This document shows positions 42,495 through 53,194 of a stretch of 64,000 nt of DNA, in pieces. The DNA is from a virus. The notes beneath the pieces are model-generated. The model made no database searches and was not told the DNA's origin. It saw nothing but the letters and a program-made list of their open reading frames with translations. The number at the start of each line of letters is the position of its first letter. The first letter of the stretch is position 1. The stretch is taken from positions 32,001 through 96,000 of the IMG/VR virus record IMGVR_UViG_3300046782_000129, one strand, 5' to 3'. The position numbers and the translations under genes were made by a program.

Positions 42495-42896
42495 ATGCCT
42501 ATTACGGTGACGCTTCGTGCGTTGTTAGAAGCCCAGCCTGCATTGGTCCGACTGAGCAATGAAAAATTGCCCGTCAAGCTGGCGTATCGTGTGGCGAGAC
42601 TGATGAAGGTGGTGCAAGTCGAGCTAGATGATTTTCACAAGCAACGTATTGTGCTGGTGAAGCAGTACGGAGCCACACGACCGACAACTGAAGAAGAGCG
42701 TGCCATTCATGGCACGGAAATCACTGAAGTGACCCCCGACAGGATGGTGGAGTTTCGGCAAGACGTTGATGATCTGGCGGATGAGAAGGTGACATTGGAG
42801 CGTGAGCCGTTGAAGCTTGAAGACAACTTTCCGGCCATTACGCCAGCCGATTTGATTGCGCTCGGTCCATTGGTGGCCGATGAAGAGGATGTATGA
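42495..42896 (+). CDS. Tail-region protein (DUF1617-like)
   Basis: [12 protein letters not shown]...LVKQYG. Confidence 0.55.
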   Translation: MPITVTLRALLEAQPALVRLSNEKLPVKLAYRVARLMKVVQVELDDFHKQRIVLVKQYGATRPTTEEERAIHGTEITEVTPDRMVEFRQDVDDLADEKVTLEREPLKLEDNFPAITPADLIALGPLVADEEDV

Positions 42897-44254
42897 GTTT
42901 TCCTGATCCCGCCACTACGGAATGGGTCCCTATCTGGAATCCGACGAGTCAGGGACCAGTTGGACCGGCTGGACCAACAGGACCAACGGGTTCACAAGGT
43001 ACTCAGGGTATACCGGGGCCAACAGGACCCACAGGTCCTACAGGATCTACAGGCCCACAAGGACCTATTGGAAATACGGGACCGCAAGGACCACAGGGAG
43101 CCACGGGTCCACAAGGCCCACAAGGTGATCCCGGTATCGTTGGCATTCATCACACCACGCATCAGCCGGGGGGCACAGATATTTTGACGCTCACCGGAGG
43201 TTCCCTGCTTTTTGGCCGGGGCAGTAGTGGTGCAGGCGCAATGCAAGAGCTTTCGTTGGGTACTGGATTGGCGATGACCGGCACGGTCTTATCAGCCACG
43301 GCCCAAGGGATGGTGGCGCATCACGCGACCCACGAGCCGGGTGGAACGGACGTTTTAGTGAACTCCGTGTGGTCGAACGTCGCCAACACGTTCACGCAGA
43401 ATCAACTGGTCAACAAGGCTTACCCAGAATGGACACTGCGACACAGTTCTGACGCAACTAGAGGACGACTGCTATTGCTTGCTAGTGGTCAGATGTGGGC
43501 GTCGAGCAACTTGAGTTATAACGGCACGACTTGGCTCCTCGATGATCCAGCACTCAAGGGCCTGTTGTATGGAACGGACGGTGCTGGAAGCTTCTTCATC
43601 TACACATCTACTAGCGGCACGGTAGCGTTGACGAATGTGTTCTCAGTAAGCAGTGGTGGGAATGTTTCGGTAGCTGGCACGCTGACGATGGCTGGCGGGT
43701 TGACCGTGACCGCAGGCGGTGCGTCTATCACGGGCGTCACCACGATCAACTCACTGATTTCCAACGGTGCTGCGCTGTCTCAATTCGCTGGACCACTCTA
43801 CTGCAACTCTTACATCTACAACGCAGGCGTGATGTATCCGGGCAGGATCGACAACGGCGCAGCGCAGACGAATTGGTATCTCGCCGGTCACGGCAGCTAT
43901 GGCATCTATATCAACACCGGGTTGTATGTCGCTGGCGGTATCTGGGTCAACGGTGTCGCAGCAGCCGTGGCAGCTAATCCAAACTCACTTATGCTGCGAG
44001 ACGCGAGTGGGTTCTGCAACTGGGTGTATGGGTATGGGAGCTACGTTAATACGACTGACGATCCCAGTGCTGGAACCATCTCGTATGTCATGGCGAAGTT
44101 CGGGGATAACTACCATCGCTCCGCATCGCAGGCGAAGCTCCGAGAGTTTATCGGTGGATTGACTGGCAATTTGGGATCGACGGTTATTTATAACGGATAC
44201 TATGCATATCTGTCGTTTACCAACGGGATTTTGACGGGTGCGACCCCAGCATGA
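42893..44254 (+). CDS. Collagen-containing tail fibre/receptor-binding protein
   Basis: [14 protein letters not shown]-terminus, G-X-Y run, HHxTHxPGGTD twice. Confidence 0.8.
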   Translation: MSFPDPATTEWVPIWNPTSQGPVGPAGPTGPTGSQGTQGIPGPTGPTGPTGSTGPQGPIGNTGPQGPQGATGPQGPQGDPGIVGIHHTTHQPGGTDILTLTGGSLLFGRGSSGAGAMQELSLGTGLAMTGTVLSATAQGMVAHHATHEPGGTDVLVNSVWSNVANTFTQNQLVNKAYPEWTLRHSSDATRGRLLLLASGQMWASSNLSYNGTTWLLDDPALKGLLYGTDGAGSFFIYTSTSGTVALTNVFSVSSGGNVSVAGTLTMAGGLTVTAGGASITGVTTINSLISNGAALSQFAGPLYCNSYIYNAGVMYPGRIDNGAAQTNWYLAGHGSYGIYINTGLYVAGGIWVNGVAAAVAANPNSLMLRDASGFCNWVYGYGSYVNTTDDPSAGTISYVMAKFGDNYHRSASQAKLREFIGGLTGNLGSTVIYNGYYAYLSFTNGILTGATPA

Positions 44255-44263
44255 GGAGGCACG

Positions 44264-44626
44264 ATGCCTGAGGAACTGATTCTCACGACGCCAATTACAC
44301 CACCGGCACCGACGCCGACGACGAAGTATCGCGTGTCGGCGTTCACGATGGACTTGGAGACCGCCGTGCCGCCGACTGGATCTGCCATTCCTCCGGACGT
44401 GCCGCCTCCACCAGATCCCGGCTTTGTCAACATCAAGCTGAAGGACGACGCGGGTAACTATAGCGTCTATCAGTATACCGGCAAGAAGGCGGTGCAGATG
44501 ATTCAGCAGTTGAACACCGCGAATCTCACGCAGAAGTCCATGCAGAAGCGGATCTTGGAAAAGCTTTCTGCGGATGGTTTGTTGCCCGGTACGGTGCAAG
44601 GCACACCCGATCCGGTCGTGCCGTAA
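44264..44626 (+). CDS. Hypothetical virion-region protein
   Basis: GAGGAGG RBS. Confidence 0.6.
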   Translation: MPEELILTTPITPPAPTPTTKYRVSAFTMDLETAVPPTGSAIPPDVPPPPDPGFVNIKLKDDAGNYSVYQYTGKKAVQMIQQLNTANLTQKSMQKRILEKLSADGLLPGTVQGTPDPVVP

Positions 44627-44635
44627 GAGTAGATC

Positions 44636-45118
44636 ATGTCCGTCAATCTCGTTGGTGGACTCTATCCGGGCCTGTATGACTGGCTGACAGAAGTCCCAGT
44701 CATCCCGGTCTTTCCACCGGGCACGTGTGTCACCAGCGGAATTACTGTTAGAAATTGTGTGGCCGCAGACGCCATCGAGTGTGGCACGACCGTCACGGCC
44801 TGTGTGAAGGTGACGGCCACCACAGGAACCGTGGTGGTGAAGACGCAGACCGTCACGTGTCATATCCACGTGCTGAACCGTGTGCAGTGTGACACCATCG
44901 CGTGTAGTGAGCGAGTGGTGGGATGTGTGAAAGTCAACATGCTGGAGCCACCGAGTGGTATCATAGCCCCGACCGTGTGTGCAGATGTGAGCTTCCGGTA
45001 CGCATGCATCGCGGAAATTGATTGCACGGTGGGTGTGACAGCCGAGGTCACAGCACGCACGAGGGTGACGGCAGATGAGAGTCTGATGTGCTGTTGTAAG
45101 GAGACGACCCATGGCTAG
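44636..45118 (+). CDS. Cys/Val/Thr-rich hypothetical protein
   Basis: Fills operon; unusual composition. Confidence 0.45.
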   Translation: MSVNLVGGLYPGLYDWLTEVPVIPVFPPGTCVTSGITVRNCVAADAIECGTTVTACVKVTATTGTVVVKTQTVTCHIHVLNRVQCDTIACSERVVGCVKVNMLEPPSGIIAPTVCADVSFRYACIAEIDCTVGVTAEVTARTRVTADESLMCCCKETTHG

Positions 45119-45428
45119 AATCGTCTTGAAGCGTGGCAACGATCAGGTGGTGACGCTGACGGGTCTCCGGACCACGGATCCCACCCCGATTTATTTGAAC
45201 GCCGCCACGGTCAAAGCCACGTTGTGTGATAGCAAAGGCCAGCCGCTTCCAGATTTCTCTGATGTGGTCATGCCCTACGTGGATGGCAGCGAGGGCAACT
45301 ACGAGTGGGCCATCGAAGCCGACGCCATGATGTTGCCTAAGAGCACGGAGTACTCGTTGATCCTCACGGCCCAACAGGACGAACTGGATTATCGAGCGGT
45401 CCACGCCGTGTCCGTGGTGGATGGCTAG
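45111..45428 (+). CDS. Ig-like (BppU N-terminal-like) virion protein
   Basis: LKRGND...LNAATVKATL beta-sandwich pattern; AAGGAG RBS. Confidence 0.5.
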   Translation: MARIVLKRGNDQVVTLTGLRTTDPTPIYLNAATVKATLCDSKGQPLPDFSDVVMPYVDGSEGNYEWAIEADAMMLPKSTEYSLILTAQQDELDYRAVHAVSVVDG

Positions 45429-45579
45429 CCATGGCTGAAAAAGAAAAGTTTCTGACGTACGCGGACATCTTGCGGAAGAAGCCCAAGAAAAAGAAGCTCA
45501 GGGGCGGGCAAGAGGTCCCGATGGACATCGACAAAATTAACGCATCGATGGCGGCAGCGAACCCGTCAAAGGAGTAGTC

Positions 45580-45954
45580 ATGCCTGCTTACGGATCGAGT
45601 ACCCCCGCCACGCTGGAGTCGGGACGGCCCACGCTGGTGTGGAACAATGAAAACGTGCCCACGTCCGGGGCCGCGCAGATGAGTCAGGCGGTGTGCCTGC
45701 GACGGAATCCCAACCTGCCGAACTGCGTGTCTGTGGAGGTGATCTTCGCGGCCAACCCCGGCACGTTTGGCGTGGACCTGCAAGCCGCTGATACCGATCA
45801 GGACTCGTTCTACGTGACGAAGGCCACGTTGAACTCGGGACTGAACGGGACCTTCGCGGGCCGCATTGAAGCCACGAATTTGGTAGCAAAGTTTCTCCGA
45901 CTGAGGATGGCGACCCTGACCAACAACGTGAAGGTCACAGCCAAGTTCTTCTGA
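45580..45954 (+). CDS. Hypothetical virion protein
   Basis: AAGGAG RBS, beta-rich. Confidence 0.6.
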   Translation: MPAYGSSTPATLESGRPTLVWNNENVPTSGAAQMSQAVCLRRNPNLPNCVSVEVIFAANPGTFGVDLQAADTDQDSFYVTKATLNSGLNGTFAGRIEATNLVAKFLRLRMATLTNNVKVTAKFF

Positions 45955-46712
45955 TGGCGACCGATGCCGTTCTCTCGTTGCCGGTTCCTTGTGCGAACGT
46001 CACGTACCCGTATCCGGTGTTGACCTTGCCGGGAGAGTGCGCGGGTGGAGGTGGGGGTGGTCCACTTGCCCGTGTGCAAGCGACCCCCAAGGCGACGGCC
46101 ACCAGTACCGCATCCGTCGTGATGGTGTTTGCGGCTCCGCCCACGGTAGGCAATGGAGTCGTGGTGGTGGTGGCCAGTAACTCGCCAACACAGGGTGTAA
46201 CGAGTTGCATTGACAATTTTGGAAACGTGTACACGTTGACCAAACGTCAAGGTGGACCATCAGCAGGCACTGCGGTGGACTTCTGGTGCTGTCCGAAGAT
46301 TGCGGCCACAGGAGGGTCGTTCACCATCACAGCCGCAGGAGCCGCTGGTATCAGTCGCATGGGCGTGGCCATCGAGGCATCGGGAGTCGGGGCAGGATTA
46401 GTTGCCGATCAAAATGTGAGTGCAGAGACCGTGGCCGTGGGATCTTCGATTGGTCCAACACCAGCACTGACGGCAGATATCGTCTTACTTCTGGCGGCGA
46501 CTGGAGTCGGTGCTTCATTACCTGCTATTACCGTGGGGGTGGTGACGCCACCGTGGCTTCAGGAAGCTGAGGCACTGAGCACGACGCCAGTGACGGCAGA
46601 GATAGATAGCCGTGTGCTGACGGGAGCACTCGGGACGACACAAAGTGTGTCATGGACGTGGGGCGGGGCAACGTACGCGAACTCGGCACTGGTTGCCTTC
46701 AAAGCCAGCTAG
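45954..46712 (+). CDS. Hypothetical virion protein
   Basis: TGATG coupling; Thr/Ala/Gly/Val-rich. Confidence 0.6.
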   Translation: MATDAVLSLPVPCANVTYPYPVLTLPGECAGGGGGGPLARVQATPKATATSTASVVMVFAAPPTVGNGVVVVVASNSPTQGVTSCIDNFGNVYTLTKRQGGPSAGTAVDFWCCPKIAATGGSFTITAAGAAGISRMGVAIEASGVGAGLVADQNVSAETVAVGSSIGPTPALTADIVLLLAATGVGASLPAITVGVVTPPWLQEAEALSTTPVTAEIDSRVLTGALGTTQSVSWTWGGATYANSALVAFKAS

Positions 46713-46714
46713 TC

Positions 46715-48559
46715 ATGTACCTCCGGGCGTTGAAGTTTGATCCCAGTGAACCTCGTGATGAACGAGGACGCTGGGTCCATCAGCGGATGGCGGAACTCAA
46801 AGCCAAGTACCCCGTGGTGGCTTTCAACTACCCACGATCCAGCCACACCGAGATGGGCACCATCGAAGCTCACACCAAGGACGTGGGCCGCGAGTGGGAA
46901 AAGCAACTGACCCACGAAGAACTGGTAGGCATCTCTGAGCGATTCGGCAGCGACGTCGAGAAGTTGATGGCGTCCACCGTGCCCCTCCATGACATCGGCA
47001 AGGCCCAAGCCATGGAGTCGGGAGCCGGGAGAGAACGTCAGCACGAGTACACCACGCCCATCATGCAAGACGTCCTTCGCAAGGAAGGCTTCAGCGAGAA
47101 AGACGTAAGTCTAGCCACTGAATTGACGAACCATGACCTGATAGGTCCTTTGTTCAGAGGCTATGAAGGATTCTCGGCCAAAGAAGCTGTGGTGGTGGAC
47201 AAGCTCAAGGAGAAAGCCCAGAAGGTCGGGATGAACGTCCCCGACTTCGTGAAGCTCCAACTCGCCTTCTATCAAGCCGATGCCTCCGCGTATCCGTACA
47301 TCACGCAGTTCATGACGCAGGAGCCATCAGGGAAGTGGACGTTCACGGGCAACAAGAAGATCGCGGCCATCGAAGCGTTGATCCACCCTCTGCAATCAGT
47401 TGCCAAGTTCGTGGACATCCTGAAGTACGACCCCAATGAACCCCGCAACCCCAAAGGCTCCCCACTCGGAGGCCAGTGGGTGGGTGCTGGGGGTCGTCAA
47501 TTTACCAGTGAAGAAGGCTATCAGTGGCACGAGACAGGGCCGGGACGTGAGTGGGCTACCCACACGATGTCGCCCGAAGACCATCGAGCGTTAGATGCTT
47601 ATGTGGGATTTGGTTATCGGCAAGTGAATGAACTACGGCGAGGGATCCAACCGACACGGGAAGTAAAGATCAGGAGATTGACGCCCGAAGAATACACAGC
47701 AGTTCAAGCGGCTGAGAGTCACGAAGACATTCAAAAAATGGTGCCCCCCGAAGGTCAGGGGTTCCGATACAGATCATCGTATGAATACGCGAAAGACGTG
47801 CCGTCAGGCCCGGATAAATTGGCCGCGCAATGGGCTGTCGTTGGGCCGAAGGTCGATACGGAACGACTGGCGGATGTGACGCAGGAAGCGAATCAACTGG
47901 ATGACATGATCGCCCATCGTGGACTGGTGCTGGACGAAGCGATAGAAGTACAACGAGGGGCCTATCTTCCCGGTGTGTCGGTAGAGGATTTGAAGACGCT
48001 GGAACAGTATCCAGATGACCACGTGTGGGAAGAGAAGGGGTTTACCTCCACGTTTCTGGGAGAGGCTGGAGGACGGGCCAAAAGTTATCCGGCCTTGGGG
48101 AAGTGGGAGAGCCTTCACCAGCGATACGGCAGCGGCAAGCTTTTTGAACATCAAGACGACGTGGGCACCGCTGTGCGTTTCTATATCACGTTGCCGAAGG
48201 GAACGAAGGTGGCGTCAGCGGAGGCGGCACGACGGGTGGACGTGATCTATCCGCGCACTCAAGATCCGGCAGTATTTCAGCATCCTGAGTGGACGGCGGA
48301 TGGGAAATTGAAACCCGAAGACTTTACGATACCGGATCTGACCAAGAAACCCACGGTGCGAACACGGGATCTGGACGACAAGGGGCAACGTTCTGAGAGC
48401 GAAATCCTGTTGGGCAGTGGGGCACGGTTCCGGGTGACGAAGGTCAAGAAGGGGTATACGTACCAGACGGGAGACACGACCCTCAAGCCGGTAGATGTAT
48501 ATGAGGTCCATATGGAGTATATTGGTGGGGGTAGTAGTGACTCCCATGGAGGGATGTAA
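46715..48559 (+). CDS. Polyvalent effector: HD domain + VIP2-like ADP-ribosyltransferase
   Basis: LHDIGK...HE...HD...AD; Y...INxxLR-like, QRG, GFTST, ESEILL; two K(F/Y)DPxEPR motifs. Confidence 0.75.
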   Translation: MYLRALKFDPSEPRDERGRWVHQRMAELKAKYPVVAFNYPRSSHTEMGTIEAHTKDVGREWEKQLTHEELVGISERFGSDVEKLMASTVPLHDIGKAQAMESGAGRERQHEYTTPIMQDVLRKEGFSEKDVSLATELTNHDLIGPLFRGYEGFSAKEAVVVDKLKEKAQKVGMNVPDFVKLQLAFYQADASAYPYITQFMTQEPSGKWTFTGNKKIAAIEALIHPLQSVAKFVDILKYDPNEPRNPKGSPLGGQWVGAGGRQFTSEEGYQWHETGPGREWATHTMSPEDHRALDAYVGFGYRQVNELRRGIQPTREVKIRRLTPEEYTAVQAAESHEDIQKMVPPEGQGFRYRSSYEYAKDVPSGPDKLAAQWAVVGPKVDTERLADVTQEANQLDDMIAHRGLVLDEAIEVQRGAYLPGVSVEDLKTLEQYPDDHVWEEKGFTSTFLGEAGGRAKSYPALGKWESLHQRYGSGKLFEHQDDVGTAVRFYITLPKGTKVASAEAARRVDVIYPRTQDPAVFQHPEWTADGKLKPEDFTIPDLTKKPTVRTRDLDDKGQRSESEILLGSGARFRVTKVKKGYTYQTGDTTLKPVDVYEVHMEYIGGGSSDSHGGM

Positions 48560-49684
48560 GTGGCGTTGAAGATGATCGTGAAACAGGAACCGCGTCTCCC
48601 GAAGGGCGCGGATCGGTTTCTGTGGAACGAACTCCCCCTGATGGTTCCGGCCAGTCAACGACCCGACTACGGCCACATTTTGAAGTTTGATCCCAGTGAA
48701 GCACGCAACCCCAAGGGGTCAGGACGAGAAGCAGGACGCTGGGCACGGTCTCCGCTGGAACAGAAGCGTCGAGACTTCATGGCGTTGATCAAGCGTGAGG
48801 ATCGCGGCGAAGGGCAGCTTGACAAGTTACGTGCGGGTTTGAACGAGGCGTGGAAGGCGTGGGCCGACGACACGAAGAACCGAAAGAAGCCACTCAAACC
48901 CGATGGGGCGGCAGCGAAGAAGTTGGAGTCGTACAAACGAGCCAAAGCCTTGGAAGATACGTTTCATGCTCAGTTTGCGGCGACCAGTGAGAAGAGACGG
49001 GCCTTTGAGAAGCAAGCGAAAGAAATGTTGAAGGTACCGGTGGATCAACGGTCACCCGTGCTGTTCAAAGAGGATCCCAAAGCTCCACTTCACCCGGCAG
49101 TCGTGACACGAGCGAAACAGATTTTAGAAACCTTCAAACAGTTTGACGGATCTGGAGCGTTCATACCGCTGTCATTCCCTGCGGACAAGGTGCAGGCATT
49201 TCGTGATGCTTTTGGTGACGATACGCCCCTCGTGCAGAACAAAGATGGCACCTACGCACTTGAGTCCAAGCTGCGGTTGAGCAAATCAGAGTCAGGACGG
49301 GCGCATGCGACGATTCAAGGCATTGCGGTAGGCGGGAGAGATTTGGAGCGTGAGGTGAGCCACGAGGTCGCCCACCACATTGAGTTCAAATCACATGCGG
49401 TGCTCCAAGCCGCCGTGGCTCTCCGTGAGTCGCTGGCGAACACGCCGCGTGAGGTCTATAGCCTCTATGCCAACAATAAGGCTCTTGAGCAAGATGAAGT
49501 CGCGGTGCGTGGAAATTTTCCCGATCCGTATTCTGGGAAAATCTATCCACAGGACATCTCCACAGAGATGGTTTCGACGGGGGTCGAATCGTACCTGTCT
49601 GATCCCGTGCATTTTGCTCGGACGCGGCCAGAACATTTCAATTTCATTTTTGACGTGATGCACGGAAAGTATCGGGGACAATGA
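48560..49684 (+). CDS. Zincin-like metallopeptidase effector
   Basis: HEVAHHIE; Y.GKIY...TEMVSTG; KFDPSEAR motif. Confidence 0.65.
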   Translation: MALKMIVKQEPRLPKGADRFLWNELPLMVPASQRPDYGHILKFDPSEARNPKGSGREAGRWARSPLEQKRRDFMALIKREDRGEGQLDKLRAGLNEAWKAWADDTKNRKKPLKPDGAAAKKLESYKRAKALEDTFHAQFAATSEKRRAFEKQAKEMLKVPVDQRSPVLFKEDPKAPLHPAVVTRAKQILETFKQFDGSGAFIPLSFPADKVQAFRDAFGDDTPLVQNKDGTYALESKLRLSKSESGRAHATIQGIAVGGRDLEREVSHEVAHHIEFKSHAVLQAAVALRESLANTPREVYSLYANNKALEQDEVAVRGNFPDPYSGKIYPQDISTEMVSTGVESYLSDPVHFARTRPEHFNFIFDVMHGKYRGQ

Positions 49685-49914
49685 TTACTCTCAAACTTAC
49701 GACCGGAGAAGAAGCGACGGTCAACAACGGGGTGTGGACTGTCACAGACAATGCCGAACTGACTCGGGTGTTAAACGATCCCGATATGCAGCCCCCGGCC
49801 AATGGTCCGTATGCGCCGACTGAGGATGCCCGGAAGGCCGCGTACGTGATGGCGACGTGGGGCGCGACATGGGTGAGTACTGACGAGCACCACCCACCGG
49901 GAAAGCTGTATTGA
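49681..49914 (+). CDS. Small hypothetical protein (possible partner of upstream effector)
   Basis: ATGA overlap with upstream gene. Confidence 0.5.
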   Translation: MITLKLTTGEEATVNNGVWTVTDNAELTRVLNDPDMQPPANGPYAPTEDARKAAYVMATWGATWVSTDEHHPPGKLY

Positions 49915-50051
49915 CAAACGAAAGGCACCTATGCTAGGCTAGAAGGACTCGGTAGCACGGTCAGGCCACGAGGTCTTGACAAACGGTAGGGCAGTCGTGC
50001 TACAATGGGTCCAGTTCGAAGTTCGGTGGCCAATGGAGTGGGGGAGCCAAA

Positions 50052-52022
50052 ATGCAGTTTTATCCTTTCGGGCTTGAGAAAAACGAAACGACCGGTTCTA
50101 CGGAATTGCTCGGCGGCAAGGGAGCGGGTCTCCTGTGGTTGGCCAATCAGGGTGTGCCGGTGCCTCCGGGGTTCGTGATCCCGACGTCGGTCTGGGCCGA
50201 GTACGACAAGAAGCCCAAGTCCACAATGAAATTGATTGCCAAAGAGTTGCCCGCGTATCTGGCGAAGCTGGAGGCCCACTTCGGGTATCTGCCGCTCCTG
50301 TCGGTCCGCTCCGGTGCCCGCGTCTCGTGCCCCGGCATGATGGACACGATCCTGAACGTCGGGCTGGACGAAAACAACCTGACGGCATGGGCCAAGCGTC
50401 TCGGCCCCAAGTGCTTCGGAGATAGCTTCTATCGGCTGGTCCTGATGTATGGATCGGTGGTGGCCGGTCTCCGCCGTGAATCACTCGGCGTCAACCTGAA
50501 GTCCGCGTTGGATGGCTACCGGGAACAGACCGGTCAGGATTTCCCCACGGCACAGGCTCAACTTCTCGGCGCAATCGAAGCCGTCTTCAAGTCATGGGAT
50601 AACAACCGGGCCAACGAGTACCGGAAGATGCACAGCTACGCTCGGGAGTGGGGCACGGCGGTCACGGTGCAGGCCATGGTCTTCGGCAACCTGAACGATC
50701 AGTCTGGCACGGGCGTGCTCTTCACGCGCAACCCGGACACGGGCGGCATGCTGGTCACGGGCGAGTTCCTTGCGAACGCGCAGGGGGAAGACATCGTGGC
50801 AGGCATCCGGACCCCGATGCCGTTGGACGAAATGAAAACGTGGAACCTCACGGTCCACGATCAACTGCTCTCGCAGGTCATCGGGCTGGAAAATCTCAAG
50901 AAGGACATGCTGGACATCGAGTTCACGGTCCAAGACGGGAAGCTCTACCTTCTGCAAGTTCGCACGGGCAAGCGGAGTGCGACAGCGGCGATCAAGATCG
51001 CGGTGGACATGGAGAAGCAGGGTCTGATTGACGCCAAGACGGCGGTCAAGCGTGTCACGCTGAAGCAGTTCGACTTGGCACAGATGGCCACGCTGGATCC
51101 GAAATTCACGAAGGCCCCGGCCTTTCAAGGGATCCCGGCGTGCTCGGGTGTCGTGACTGGCAAGCCGGTCTTCACGAAGGAAGACGCGATTGCCTGCAAG
51201 GAACCGTGCATCCTCGTGACACACGAAACGACCCCGGATGATATCGCAGGCATGAAGGCGGCGGTGGGCATCGTGACGATGAACGGCGGCATGACCAGCC
51301 ACGCGGCAGTGGTCGCACGCGGGATGGATCGCGCCTGCATCGTGGGTGTCGGTCAGTCGGTCGAATCCTTCAAGGACATCGAAGTGCTGAGCCTTGACGG
51401 CGCGACGGGCCGCATCTGGACTGAGAAGGTCGCCATCGTGGGTGGCTCCGCGAATGGCCTGATCCACGAGTTCAACGAGATGGTGTGCAGGACGCTGGGC
51501 GTTGTGCCGGTCATCTTCGACGTGCCGACCCAGAAGATGGACGAAGCTCTGCTCTATCTCGGAGACAAGATTCTGAGAGACGATTGCCGGGGCACGTTTG
51601 CTCACACGCTGAACAAGGTGAATCACTTGTATCTGGATCTGGTGCCGTCCGAGGAAGAAAAGCGATATTTCGGTATCGTGGGCGCACACAATCATGTGGG
51701 CCGGTTTCTGGTGTGGTTGGAAGCCCTGTATGGGAAGGCATCCGGCAACCCGAAGTTTTCGAAGATCACGTTGATCGCCACGTCCGAATACGTGTCGAGT
51801 TTCAAGCGGATCGCTCCGGGCACGGACCTGCGGTCGATTGTCCTGTCGGACAAAGAAGTCATGCTCGATGGTGTGGACGTGAACGACCCGGCCATCAAAC
51901 GTGTGCTTTCGTGGAAGAAGGCCGAAGGCACCACGGTGGTGTCGCTCGGGAAGTATCTGGCGGATGTCAAATCGATTGTCTCTGTCCAGCAAGCAATGCA
52001 TCTGTTGGGGGAGGTATCGTAA
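50052..52022 (+). CDS. PPDK-like dikinase lacking the PEP/pyruvate-binding domain
   Basis: GGKG, PPGF, SVRSG, GMMDT, FTRNP, GEDIV, DIEFT; phospho-His GGMTSHAAVVARG; unrelated ~190-aa C-terminus. Confidence 0.88.
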   Translation: MQFYPFGLEKNETTGSTELLGGKGAGLLWLANQGVPVPPGFVIPTSVWAEYDKKPKSTMKLIAKELPAYLAKLEAHFGYLPLLSVRSGARVSCPGMMDTILNVGLDENNLTAWAKRLGPKCFGDSFYRLVLMYGSVVAGLRRESLGVNLKSALDGYREQTGQDFPTAQAQLLGAIEAVFKSWDNNRANEYRKMHSYAREWGTAVTVQAMVFGNLNDQSGTGVLFTRNPDTGGMLVTGEFLANAQGEDIVAGIRTPMPLDEMKTWNLTVHDQLLSQVIGLENLKKDMLDIEFTVQDGKLYLLQVRTGKRSATAAIKIAVDMEKQGLIDAKTAVKRVTLKQFDLAQMATLDPKFTKAPAFQGIPACSGVVTGKPVFTKEDAIACKEPCILVTHETTPDDIAGMKAAVGIVTMNGGMTSHAAVVARGMDRACIVGVGQSVESFKDIEVLSLDGATGRIWTEKVAIVGGSANGLIHEFNEMVCRTLGVVPVIFDVPTQKMDEALLYLGDKILRDDCRGTFAHTLNKVNHLYLDLVPSEEEKRYFGIVGAHNHVGRFLVWLEALYGKASGNPKFSKITLIATSEYVSSFKRIAPGTDLRSIVLSDKEVMLDGVDVNDPAIKRVLSWKKAEGTTVVSLGKYLADVKSIVSVQQAMHLLGEVS

Positions 52023-52288
52023 TGGCTTTGAGCATCGGCGTTTCAGTCGGGAGTAAAATTGATATCGGGGGACACCTGTTACACGTCAAGGCGTTGGTGC
52101 ATCCCAATATCGTGGTGGTGACGGTGGATCGGGGTCCTGAAGTTGTCATCAGTGAAGATCAGGCGGTGGACATCCTTCCGGGCGTGAAAGTCCAGTCCGG
52201 ACTGGGTGGCAACCGTCTGGCCTTCCAAGCGGCCAAATCGATTCGTATTTCGCGGGTCGAAGGGGCAGAAAAAGAACGGAGGAAATGA
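52022..52288 (+). CDS. CsrA-like small beta protein
   Basis: RLAFQAAKSIRISR resembles the CsrA C-terminal strands; GGAGG RBS. Confidence 0.4.
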   Translation: MALSIGVSVGSKIDIGGHLLHVKALVHPNIVVVTVDRGPEVVISEDQAVDILPGVKVQSGLGGNRLAFQAAKSIRISRVEGAEKERRK

Positions 52289-52617
52289 CCGTGCAGATCA
52301 GTACCAAAGTGCTGAAGGTGCTCAAGGCTGAGAACATCTCAGCGGAAGAACTCCGGCGCATGCTGAACAAGATGGCGTTAACGTCCATCCGTGGGTGCAA
52401 CCGTCGATACTTCCAGTGGCTGTTCCAGATGAATAGCACCAACACGGTGCTGTCTGACATGCAGCGACTGGACGTGGTGGAGATTGGCCGTGGACAGAAC
52501 CGCATGCTGGAAGAGCACGAGGAATGCGGCGGCGAGGGCTGTCGGACGTGCGGCTGGGTCGGACAGGTATCGAGAGCGGTGCAGGACGCCACGGCAGTGG
52601 CCATGAGTGGTTCTTGA
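52285..52617 (+). CDS. Hypothetical protein with CxGxGCxxC motif
   Basis: GGAGG RBS, ATGA overlap. Confidence 0.55.
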   Translation: MTVQISTKVLKVLKAENISAEELRRMLNKMALTSIRGCNRRYFQWLFQMNSTNTVLSDMQRLDVVEIGRGQNRMLEEHEECGGEGCRTCGWVGQVSRAVQDATAVAMSGS

Positions 52618-52660
52618 CAAACGGTAGACTTTAGGTGTAAGATCCGGTGAGGGGTGGGGT

Positions 52661-53194
52661 ATGGCAGGTCTGGGGCAGTTGAAGATTCAAGTCAACAAGC
52701 GGCAGTTCTTCGTGGTGACGGGCGGTCCCTTCCGGGAGTGTCCCCCGTCGATGAAGGGTGTCAAGATGGCCAAGGAGATTGCGGCGGTGTGTGCCGTGGA
52801 TATCCCGACCCAAGATTTCCAGACCCCCGACCGGAGAACCCTCTACCGGGGCCTGAGCAAGGCGATTGACCTGTTGCTGGCGGGTGAACCCCTCTACGTG
52901 GGCTGTATGGGCGGCAAGGGGCGCACGGGCCTGTTCCTTGCAGTGCTGGTGAAGGCGTTCGGCGTCAAAAAGCCGGTCGAGTACGTGAGGGCCAACTACT
53001 ACGCGCATGCCGTGGAGACCCCGGAGCAGTACAAGTTCGTGAAGCAGTTCACGATCACGCCGCCCATCAAGCGGAAGGTGAAGCTTCTGCGCCGATGGTC
53101 GTGGCTGAAGTTCTGGAAGACCAACCTGACTCGGTTGCCGATGGAGGCCCCGAAGGACAAGGTGCTCCTCCAAGTAGGCCAGAAGCTGATTTGA
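52661..53194 (+). CDS. PTP/dual-specificity phosphatase
   Basis: CX5R loop GCMGGKGRTG; AVETPEQ. Confidence 0.85.
   Translation: MAGLGQLKIQVNKRQFFVVTGGPFRECPPSMKGVKMAKEIAAVCAVDIPTQDFQTPDRRTLYRGLSKAIDLLLAGEPLYVGCMGGKGRTGLFLAVLVKAFGVKKPVEYVRANYYAHAVETPEQYKFVKQFTITPPIKRKVKLLRRWSWLKFWKTNLTRLPMEAPKDKVLLQVGQKLI

Noticed and set aside
42893-44254. Diversity-generating retroelement target
   Set aside because: The tip is rich in Asn/Tyr codons, but no reverse transcriptase or template-repeat copy is visible in the window.
50052-52022. Intact ppdK auxiliary metabolic gene
   Set aside because: The pyruvate/PEP-binding C-terminal barrel is missing, so the gene symbol was withheld.
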